A stretch of DNA of 20,000 nucleotides. Source: Chiloscyllium plagiosum (Eukaryota). Shown piece by piece: positions 11,194 to 20,000 of the stretch (position 1 is its first letter; each line of letters starts with the position of its first letter). Below the pieces are notes generated by a model. It was not told where the DNA came from. It saw only the letters and a list, made by a program, of their open reading frames with translations, and searched no databases. Location: positions 26,183,277 to 26,203,276 of the forward strand of contig NC_057749.1 of the NCBI RefSeq assembly GCF_004010195.1. The letters run 5' to 3'. A program made the position numbers and the translations under genes.

Positions 11194-11422
11194 CAAAATC
11201 ATAAATTCCTGGAAAACCTCAGCAGGTCTGGTAACAATTACGGAGAGAGAGCAGACCTAATGTTTCGGGTTCGGTGACCCTTCTTCACAACGATTGGAAT
11301 GAGGGTCACTAAACCAGAAACATTAATTCTGCTTTCTTTCCACACTTGCTGCCAGACATACTGAATTTTTCTAGCAATTTCTGGTTTTGTTTCTGATTTC
11401 CAGCAGCTGCCGTTCTTTGCCT
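11194..11422. mobile_element. Penelope-like-element-derived palindromic (hairpin) repeat
   Basis: Imperfect inverted repeat, with arms 11194-11288 and about 11296-11389 (caaaatcataaattcctggaaaa...gtttcgggttcggtgacccttc versus gagggtcactaaaccagaaac...tttttctagcaatttctggttttg), followed by the tail gatttccagcagctgccgttcttt. Confidence 0.72.
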
Positions 11423-11423
11423 T

Positions 11424-12510
11424 CTCTGACCTCAGTGGTGGGAAAGATGCTGGAGTCTATTATAAAGGATGAAATTACGACACATCTGGATAGTAATAGT
11501 AACAGGATAGGTCAGAGTCAGCATGGATTTATGAAGGGGAAATCATGCTTGACTAATCTTCTGGAATTCTTTGAGGATGTAACTCTGAAGATGGACGAGA
11601 GAGATCCAGTAGATGTAGTGTACCTGGACTTTCAGAAAGCTTTTGATAAAGTCCCACATAGGAGGTTAGTGAGCAAAATTAGGGCGCATGGTATTGGGGG
11701 CAAAGTACTAACTTGGATTGAAAGTTGGTTGGCTGATAGGAAACAAAGAGTAGTGATAAACAGCTCCATTTCGGAATGGCAGGNNNNNNNNNNNNNNNNN
11801 NNNNNNNNNNNNNNNNNNNNNNNNNNNNNNNNNNNNNNNNNNNNNNNNNNNNNNNNNNNNNNNNNNNNNNNNNNNNNNNNNNNNNNNNNNNNNNNNNNNN
11901 NNNNNNNNNNNNNNNNNNNNNNNNNCTTCTGCAGCTGTACAGGGCTCTGGTAAGATCACACCTGGAGTACTGTGTGCAGTTCTGGTCTCCAAATTTGAGG
12001 AAAGACATTCTGGCTATTGAGGGAGTGCAGCGTAGGTTCACGAGGTCAATTCCTGGAAAGGCGGGATTACCTTACACTGAAAGACTGGAGCGACTGGGCT
12101 TGTATACCCTTGAGTTTAGAAGACTGAGAGGGGATATGATCGAGACATATAAGATTATTAAAAGATTGGACACTCTGGAGGCAGGAAACATGTTTCCGCT
12201 GAAGGGTCAGTGCCGAACCAGAGGACACAGCTTAAAAATACGGGGTAGACCATTTAGGACAGAGATGAGGAGAAATTTCTTCACCCAGAGAGTGGTGGCT
12301 GTGTGGAATGCTCTGCCCCAGAGGGCAGCGGAGGCCCAGTCTCTTGATTCATTTAAAAAGAGTTGGATAGAGCTCTCAAGGATTGTGGAATCAAGGATTA
12401 TGGAGATAAGGCAGGAACAGGAGACTGATTAAGGATGATCAGCCATGATCAAATTGAATGGTAGTGCAGGCTCGAAGGGCAGAATGGCCTACTCCTGCAC
12501 CTATTGTCTT
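11424..12510 (+). mobile_element. Young 5'-truncated CR1/HER1-type LINE (ORF2 reverse transcriptase to 3' UTR), interrupted by an assembly gap
   Basis: ORF peptides SLTSVVGKMLESII, QHGFMKGKSCLTNLLEFFE, VYLDFQKAFDKVPH, LYRALVRSHLEYCVQFWSP, TRGHSLK and RRNFFTQRVVAVWNALP; 3' UTR gggcagaatggcctactcctgc. Confidence 0.95.
11784..11925. other. Assembly gap (142 N)
   Basis: Run of N inside the CR1 element. Confidence 0.99.
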
Positions 12511-13059
12511 TTGTTTTTACTAACAGTGTCACCCTGAGCCGTTTAGATCAAACTAGTTTCGGGATGGAACGGTTGGGACATTGCGGAAGAGCAGGTAGGA
12601 TTGGGATGGAAATTGTTGCAATTAGCCCCAGCTATAACTTACTAATCAGAAGAAATGATGAGAGAAAATTCTTACTTAAGCTGGCTTCGAACCTGGTTTA
12701 GCACTTTTGTTGGCACTTTTATCACTTTCTAGAGGCAGAAAATTCAGTTTGGGGTACCAACTCTCTAAAACTGAAGATCAAATTCCCAGGTCATTCTTGC
12801 AAGTAACAACAACAGGGAGAGCAATAAGAGAGTCACTCTAATGCATTGCCAATGTTTAGAAGTATTAGCAATGGTACAGCAACTAAAAAATGGACAGTCA
12901 AGGATTTTCCAATTGGATGATGAAAGAGTATATTAATTTCCATTGACATGGGAGATGAGGTGACAAGAGGATGGACATAATGGCAACTACTGGCAAGTAT
13001 GGGGGATTGGGATGGTTGGTGACAGGTCATGTGACAACAGCTCCAGGAACATGTCCAAA

Positions 13060-13152
13060 TAATGTTCAAACTCGATCCCATTCCAAGAATTTCAACACAT
13101 AAGCTATTCTGACCGGTGCAGTAATGAGGAAATGCTAGCTAATTGAAAAGTG
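13060..13152 (+). mobile_element. Decayed DeuSINE/SacSINE1 head fragment
   Basis: gttcaaa...cccattccaagaatttcaacacataagctattctgaccggtgcagtaatgaggaaatgct resembles the recalled SacSINE1 segment CCAGTGCAGTACTGAGGGAGTGCTG. Confidence 0.4.
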
Positions 13153-13389
13153 GGGCTCTGTGAACGAGATGGAATGCTCCCATCTCCCTATTCTTGTGTA
13201 TCAATGTGCATCAAACATCAAAGAGCAGTGATGTCTTTCTTGCAAGCACTTCTGGATCACAACAACCTGCAGCCCAATAAACATTCCCAGATCCCCTCTG
13301 GTTCTTCTGCCTATCTGCATAAAATGTTCTCTTTGGGTTGCTGCCCATTCTGCCACTGGAAATAGTTCTTACTTATTCAATCAAAACAT

Positions 13390-13670
13390 TTCAAGATTGG
13401 GAACAGCTTAGGTAGATCTCCCCATAAGTATACCCTACTCTGCTCCAAGGAGAGTAAATTCTAAAGGTTCCACATAATTTAAGTCCCTCTTCCAGAGAAT
13501 TACTCCATAAAATCTACACTTTCTTAGAGAGCTTGACATTCATTCTAAAGTGTAGTGACCAGGACTGAAGAGAATACCCCAGCTGGAACACAATCAGTGA
13601 TGCATAAAGGTTAAGCAAAACTATATGAATGAAGGAGCAGAGTGAACCAGTTAGCCCATTGGACATGCTC
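13390..13670 (-). mobile_element. Old CR1 fragments
   Basis: tctgctccaaggagag...ttctaaagtgtagtgaccaggactgaagagaataccccagctg is the antisense of the LEY-VQ-W-P region. A short 3'-end fragment gaaggagcagagtgaaccagttagccc follows. Confidence 0.55.
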
Positions 13671-13854
13671 ATTTAGCCCAACAAACCAACAGCAATCTTA
13701 GCATGAAACTGTTTCTGGCTAAGGAAAGTTATGGTTGGGGTCAGGCTCTTTTAACCACATTTCTAACCATAAGGACAAAACTCAGGACCCAAATGTAGTG
13801 TAAAACTCAGTATTCAAATGGACCTGGGATTGCCTGCCAAGAGCGGGGACACTG

Positions 13855-16800
13855 ATAGAACCATAGAAAATAGGAGCAGAGGTAGACCATTCGGACCTTT
13901 GCGGCTGCACCACCATTCAATATGATCATGGCTAATCATGCAATCTCAGTATCCCATTCCCACTTTCTCTTCAAACCCTTTGATCCCCTTAGAGGCAAGA
14001 GCAAAGTCCAGATCCCTCGAATATATTTAATGAACTGGCTCCAACAGCTTCCTGTGGGAGAGAATTCTACACGTGAAGAAATTCTTTCTCATCTCAGTCC
14101 TGAATGGCTTACCCTTTCTCTTGGACTGTAACCCCCTAGTTCTGGTCTTCCTCAATATCGGGAACATTCTTCTCGCATCTAGCTTCTCCAGTCCCATCAG
14201 GATTTTATATGTTTCTATGAGATCCCCCCTCTTCTAAAATCTAGTGAGTACAAGCCCAGTCGATCCAGTTTTTCCTCATATGTCAGTCCTACCATCCCAG
14301 GAATTATTCTGGTGAACCTTCGCTGGGCTCCCTAAAAAAAAACAAAGAAAATTACAGCACAGGAACAGGCCCTTAGCCCTCCAAGCCTGCGCAGATCCAT
14401 ATCCTCTATCTAAACTTGTCACCTATTTTTTAAGGATCTGAATCCCTCTGCTCCATGCTCATTCATGTATCTGTCTAGATACATCTCAAATGACACTATT
14501 GTGCCCGCCTCTACCACCTCCGCTGGCAACATGTTCCAAGCACCCACCAACCTCTGCGTAAAGAACATGTATCTCCCTTAAACCTTTCCCCTCTCACCTT
14601 GAACTCGTGACCTCTAGTAATTGAGTTACCCACTCTGGGGGAAAAAGCTTCTTGCTATCCACCCCTCTCATGATTTTGTAGACCTCAATCAGGTCCCCCC
14701 TCAATCTAATGAAAATAATCCTAATCTACTCAACCTCTCTTCATAGCTAGCGCCCTCCATACCAGGCAATATCCTGATGAACCTCCTCTGCACCCTCTCT
14801 AAAGCATCCACATCCTTTTGATAATATGGCAACCAGAACTGTACGCAGTATTCCAAATGTGACCAAACCAAAGTCCTATACAACTGTAATATGACCTGCC
14901 TACTCTTGTACTCAATATCCTGTCTAATGAAGGAAAGCATGCTGTATGCCTTCTTGGCCACTCAATTGACCTGCGTTTCCACCTTCAGGGTGAAATGGAC
15001 CTGAACACTCAGATCTCTCTGTCTATCAATTTTCCCCAGGTCTTTTCCATTTACTATATTTTGCTCTTGAATTGGATCTTCCAAAATGCATCACCTCGCA
15101 TTTGCCCGGGTTGAACTCCATTTGTCATTTCGCTGCCCAACTCTCCAATCTATCTTTATTCTACTGCATTCTCTGACAGTCCCTTTCATTATCTGCTACT
15201 CCACCAATCTTAGTGTCATCTGCAAACTTGCTAATCAGACTACCTATACCTTCCTCCAGATCATTTATGCATATCACAAACAACAGTGGTCCCAACATGG
15301 ATCCCTGTGGAACACTGCTGGTCAGAGTGCTCCATTTTGAGAAACTCCCTTCCACTACTAGTCTCTGTCTCCTGTTGCCCAGTCAGTTCTCTATCCATCT
15401 ACCAAGTACACTCTGACTTCACTTTCGCCATCAATTGCCCTCAGATGGAGACCAAAACTGCACACAATACTCAAGGTGTGGCCTCACCAAGGCCTGCATA
15501 ACTGCAGCAGGACATCTTTACTGAAATCCTCACGATGAAGGCCAGCATGCTATTTGCTTTCCTCACTGCCTGCTGCACCTGCATGCCAACCTTTTGCGAC
15601 TGTTCCACCATGACACATAGATCTCATTGCACATCCCCTTTTTCTAAACTGCTACCATTTAGATAATAACCTGCCTTCCTGTTTTTGCAAACAAAGTGGA
15701 TAACCTCATATTTATGCACATTATATTACATTTGCCAAGTATTTGCCCACTTAGTTAGTCTGCCCAAGTCATCCTGCAGCCTCTTAGCATCCTCCTCACA
15801 GCACAAGCTTAGTATCATCTGCAAATTTGCATTCAATTCCTTCATCCAAATTGTCATGTATATTGTAAGCATGTGGTACTAATTTATATGCCTCCTCTTT
15901 GGCTTTAACACTATCCCTGATTTCCCGTTAGCCATGATTGAGCCACCTTCCCTGTTTACCTTTATGATAGACAGGGAAATACAATTGTTGAAGTTCATCC
16001 ATGTGTTCTTTAAATGTCTGTCATTGCCTATCCACCATCAACCCCATAAGTATCCTTTGCCAGCTTATCCTAACCAATGTATGTCTCATACCATTGAAGT
16101 TAGCTTTAAGTTCAGGACCTTAGTTTCAGATTTATTTGTGCCACTCTTCAACTTATTGAAGAATTCTACGATATTATGGTGATTCTTCCCAAAGGATCTC
16201 ACGTCACAATGTTGCTAATTAATCCTTTCTCATTACACAATACCAGGTCTAGGATGGCTTGCTCTCTACTTGGCTCCTCGACACTTTTGTCAAGGAATCC
16301 ATTGCTCATACATTCCAGGAAATCCTCCTCGATCGCATTGTTATCAGTTTGGTCAGTGCAACCAATATGTAGCTTGAAGTCACTCATAATAACTGCTGTA
16401 TCCTTACTGCATGCATCTCTAATTTCCTGTTTTATGCAATCTCCAACCTCACAACCACTGTTTGGTGGTCTGTATGCAACTCCCACTAATGCCTTTTTCC
16501 CTTTGGTGAGCTGCAGCTCCACTCATATAGATTCCACATCGTCCAGGCTGATGTCCTCCCTTACTGTTGTGTTAATCGCCTCCTTAACCAGCAACGGCAC
16601 CTCACCTCCCTTTCTTTTCCGTCTATCTTTTCTGAAAATTGAATAATCCTGGATGTTGAGTTCCCATCCTTAGTCACCCTGTCCTAATTCCAACATATCC
16701 ACTAATAACTGTCAGTGCAGTTAATTCATCCACCTTATTACAAATGCTCCTCACTTAAAGACACAGAGTCTTCAAGCTCTTTTGTTTTGACATGTATTGC

Positions 16801-17226
16801 CCTTTTAGAATCATGGTGTAATATGCCCGTTTTTGATTTTTATCTTTGGTTTCTCGGCCTTCCATTTTCACTTTCCCCCTTACTGTCTTTTGTTTATTTT
16901 CATACTTTACTTCCCTCCAACTTCCTACATTGGTTCCCATCCCCCCGCCAAATTAAATTAAACTTCTCCGAACAGCATGAGCAGACATTGGTTCTAGTCC
17001 TGCCCAGTCAGACGGTCTGGTTTGTAGTCGTCTCAACTCCCCCAGAATCAATTCCAATGACCTAGGAATTTGAATCCCTCCATAATGCACCATCATTCAA
17101 GCCAAGAATTCATCTTAATTATATTGCCATTCCTACTGTGACCAGCATGTGGCATTGGTAGCAATTCCCAGATTACTACCTTTGAGGTCCTATATTTTAA
17201 TTTAACTCCCAACTTCCTAAATTCAG
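13855..17226 (-). mobile_element. Long decayed CR1 LINE (ORF1 esterase part, ORF2 endonuclease, partly deleted RT, 3' UTR), split by a nested LINE
   Basis: 3' tail atagaaccatagaaaataggagcag at 13855. The RT C-terminus continues at 15433-15880. Endonuclease peptides LVGVAYRPPNS, VIMSDFKLH and EEPSREQAILDLVLCNE lie at 16199-16522. The ORF1-like peptide EFRKLGVKLKYRTSKVVI..LLP...MNSWL...EGFKFLGHW lies at about 17050-17225. Confidence 0.88.
14334..15432 (-). mobile_element. Second CR1/HER1-subfamily LINE, 5'-truncated, nested in the 13855-17226 element
   Basis: It has its own tail (aaaaaaaaacaaagaaaattacagcacaggaacaggccc). Peptides SVPQGSMLGPLLFVICINDLEEG..SKFADDTKIGG and QLYRTLVWSHLEYCVQFW are present. 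The host sequence is collinear on both sides (cgctgggctccct | caattgccctcagatggagacc). Confidence 0.9.
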
Positions 17227-17878
17227 AAAAAAACTAAAATTTGGAAATTTTTGGAATTAGAATGTATAACTTAAAATATTTGGTAAGTTTTGCGAAGTGA
17301 GAAGGCATATATAAACACATTTAACAAGTATTTGACAAACTGTCCGTTGAAGTTGGGAATATTATGTAGGAAAAGACAAAAGTGAGCCCTTTTCCCCTTG
17401 AAGAAAAACAGGGAGAAACAGATGACAGCCAACAGCTAGGAACAGATTGAATTAACAGAGGCTTCAAAATCATTTGACAATCTTCTTATTAAGTTAAGAT
17501 CACCCAAGAGAGAACGAGGAGAACCAAAATCTTAAGCATATGTAATCCACTTTGAGTACATCTGGTTTCATTTTCTTGTTTGGAAAAGTAACTGCACTGA
17601 GTCAGAGAAGACCCATAGAGAGCACTCAAGGACATAATGTAAGGCCAAATGTCTTGAGACGACTAGAGGACATCTGATTTTTTTTTTGAAAAAAGCTTGT
17701 ATTAAAGCTAAGAGAATCAGTCTGATATTTTATAAATACCAATAAGAAGTGCTGTTTATTCCAAGTGTTTTTAAGAAAAGCATCAACTTATATTGAGGTA
17801 TCAGTAAATATTAATCTGTGTTTTCTAAAACAGGATTGGATACTTAGCTACAAGAAGATTAGTTGATCAAAGAGGTAG

Positions 17879-18503
17879 TGTGAAAATACTGTGGCTTTAA
17901 GAGGTGTATTTTGTCCTGGTTCTTTTTTGAAGACTGATTTTAAGGCAGAAGTAAATGGTAGTCCACCAGAGCCAGTAAACAGCGGGCGAGGTCTTGGTTT
18001 TTTTTAAAAGTTGAAACAATAGAAGCAGCCTGAATGGGTGTGGTCACACTCTCAGATCCAGCATTTTCAGTTTTTTTTCATTTTTCAATAGCAGCAGTAA
18101 TTGCTGGGGTTTCAGCAGGGATGGAAGCTTCAATAAGTCTCTCGCAGCTGCTATTCTCTCAGAATTTTCTCTTAATGTTTGTTTCCCCCCAGGCATATTG
18201 CATGAGAGATAATCTGTTTGTGATTTGCCCTTGTCAAGGTTGTGTTTATGGGATGTTACTATACTGGAACAGTTATTAGTAATACTTACTGCATCTATTA
18301 TCCTGTTAAGTTTCCCAACAGAGTTCTTCTAATTCCTTCTTTCTTTTGTTGTATTTTAAATATAGTAGAAAAGTATTATGCTTTAAATTCAGTAGTTTAA
18401 TCAATCGAATTGCATCTGGAATGCAACACCTTTAAATTAAAAAGTAGTTATGGCCTAGACTATCTTTTGAATATTTTGAGACCATTTGGTCTGTTTCATA
18501 ACA
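17879..18503. mobile_element. Probable solo LTR (about 625 bp)
   Basis: Starts TGTGAAA and ends TTTCATAACA (TG...CA termini with a short imperfect inverted repeat). Flanks gtag/ctag may be a one-mismatch 4-bp TSD. Non-coding. Confidence 0.5.
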
Positions 18504-18698
18504 CTAGGTTATTGGGCAGTAAAAAGAAAGATTTTTAAAGGAGGAAATTGCAGAGCAAATGGTCTAGACTATGAAAACAACACAATCACCTGTAGTGTGT
18601 GGAAAATCAGGACTGTCAAGAAGCCATAACCAGAACCAATGTTGAGGAAGAAAATTATATTTGATTCATATTGTTTCTGTATATTATCTGTTTGTATA

Positions 18699-18714
18699 TA
18701 GCACCATCTAGTGC
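18699..18714 (-). promoter_or_regulatory. Candidate CTCF-binding motif
   Basis: GCACTAGATGGTGCTA on the minus strand matches the CTCF-type core CCACTAGATGGCGCTA at 14/16. Motif match only. Confidence 0.35.
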
Positions 18715-18943
18715 TTACTTCTTGGATGGCGATTCAACAAAGCAGACAGCTAGCCCAGTCCTGGCTCAATAACCTTAGGAGACAAAATAAAACAATCACC
18801 ACTGCCCTCCCTTACAGAACTTCATTCCATCCTCAAGTTCCAATCTGACACAAACCTTTGACAAAATCCTCAATGCAACATACAGAAAAACATCACCACC
18901 CGCAATGCTCATTGACTTTACCTCTAGGTAATGAAAACAAAAA

Positions 18944-19024
18944 CTGAAAATGTGTTGCTGGAAAAGCACAACAGGTCACATTTTCAGCTCTGATCTCCAG
19001 CATCTGCAGCCCTCACTTTCTCTC
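18944..19024 (+). mobile_element. 81-bp internally deleted Penelope-type hairpin-family element with a 14-bp TSD
   Basis: gtgttgctggaaaagcacaacaggtca...ctctgatctccagcatctgcagccctcactttctc is flanked by aatgaaaacaaaaa at 18930-18943 and 19025-19038. Confidence 0.75.
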
Positions 19025-19034
19025 AATGAAAACA

Positions 19035-19300
19035 AAAAGCTTTATTTTCATAGGGGCTGACCTAACCTTAGGACATCCCAAAATGTTTTACAGACAATGA
19101 AGTCCTTTTTAAAGTGTAGTCACCGTTGTTACAAGGAAATGTGATAGTTGGTGCGAAGCAAACACGCAGGAGCAGCAATGTTAAAGTGACCACGAAATCT
19201 CTTTCAGTCATGTTGATTGAGGGGTAAAAACTGGCCAGGATATCAAAGAAAACTCTTCGGTTTGTCTTAAAACGTCAATTGATCTTTTGCATCTAACTGT
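19035..19300 (-). mobile_element. DeuSINE (SacSINE1-like) 3' two-thirds
   Basis: Antisense motifs ggacatcccaaaatgttttacagacaatgaagt...aagtgtagtcaccgttgt...atgttgattgaggggtaaaaactggccagga...gatcttttgcatc. Confidence 0.78.
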
Positions 19301-19309
19301 ATATTTTCT

Positions 19310-19532
19310 TTTGTTAATTCTTTCATGGATTGGGATGATCACTGGTAAGACAAGCATCTATTACCCATCCCTGATTGCCTTTGAACGGAGGGGCTTGCTA
19401 GGATAATGCAGAGGCTAGCTGTGAATCTAAATTGTACCATTTGTGGTGATGGGACGTCAAGCCATGCCTCGACAGTATCGACCAAGGCCTCCGGATTATT
19501 AGTCTAGTGATATTATCATTCCACCAATGCCA
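19310..19532 (-). mobile_element. tRNA-derived shark SINE, internally deleted
   Basis: Reverse complement has the head GATAATATCACTAGACTAATAATCCGGAGGCC and the tail CTAGCAAGCCCCTCCGTTCAAAGGCAATCAGGGATGGGTAATAGATGCTTG...CATGAAAGAATT, a motif set recalled as common in shark genomes. Confidence 0.6.
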
Positions 19533-19627
19533 TTCCTAAGATAAAATCACCAGGCACAAAAGTCTATTGACTGATAGTAAAACAAATTTCTAATCTGAAG
19601 ATAAGCAAATAATTGCATGGAAATCTT

Positions 19628-19692
19628 AAACAAAAACAGAGTGCTGCAGAAACACAGCAGGTCTGGCAGCATCCATTGACAGAAAAACAAGG
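19628..19692 (+). mobile_element. Fragment of the Penelope-type hairpin family (left arm only)
   Basis: aaacaaaaacagagtgctgcagaaacacagcaggtctggcagcatc resembles 11194-11240. Confidence 0.65.
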
Positions 19693-19843
19693 ACAATAGA
19701 AAAGTGAAAACACAATTGCCAGAAGACCACTTATGGTATATTTTGTAGACACAACATGAAAAGAAGTGCTGGCTCGGTGCAAACCCCCTGGCGGCAAGAT
19801 GCGGCGCTCCCTCGGAGCAATTCACCCACCGTGACATTGCATA

Positions 19844-20000
19844 CCCTCGGCACCGACCCTGCGACAGTGCGGCGTTCCCTCAGCGCCGTCCCTGCGACAG
19901 TGCCCATTGCCTCAGCGCCGACCCTCCGACAGTGCGGCGCTCCCTCAGCGCCGACCCTCCGACAGTGCGGCGCTCCCTCAGCGCCGACCCTCCGACAGTG
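19844..20000 (+). repeat. GC/CpG-rich 33-bp tandem repeat (ACCCTCCGACAGTGCGGCGCTCCCTCAGCGCCG)n, continuing beyond the window
   Basis: GACAGTG occurs at 19863, 19896, 19928, 19961 and 19994 (period 33/32/33/33). A degenerate partial unit, tgcggcgctccctcgg, lies at about 19800. Confidence 0.95.

Noticed and set aside
11387..12432. Intact, active reverse transcriptase gene
   Set aside because: It is a 5'-truncated CR1 with no ORF1 or endonuclease, a gap over the catalytic core and a frameshift near the C-terminus.
19844..20000. 33-bp repeats as a CRISPR array
   Set aside because: The units are head-to-tail with no unique spacers, the context is a vertebrate intron, and there are no cas genes.

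Overview
Vertebrate, almost certainly shark (elasmobranch), genomic DNA. The window lies inside the minus-strand gene PPCDC (phosphopantothenoylcysteine decarboxylase, CoA biosynthesis, HFCD/Hal3 family). Two coding exons that the ORF track missed are recognisable with canonical splice sites: 10318->10223 (96 nt, VELIVVTTEHAKHFYDSKDVSAKIYSDSDEWE) and 7915->7787 (129 nt, [43 protein letters not shown]). The rest is intron filled with retroelements: two young, about 95% identical HE1 (V-SINE) copies in opposite orientation, several CR1/HER1-type LINEs (one nested in another, one spanning a 142-N assembly gap), an old L2, DeuSINE/SacSINE1-like copies, a probable solo LTR, and Penelope-type hairpin elements, one with a decayed hammerhead-ribozyme-like core. 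A CpG-rich 33-bp tandem array at the right edge appears to derive from a DeuSINE segment. I see no convincing new biological system. The most testable leads are the inverted SINE pair around a frame-preserving, ATG-initiated exon (circRNA, skipping or editing), the hammerhead-like hairpin and the SINE-derived minisatellite. Repeat family names come from recalled consensus motifs, not from a database search.
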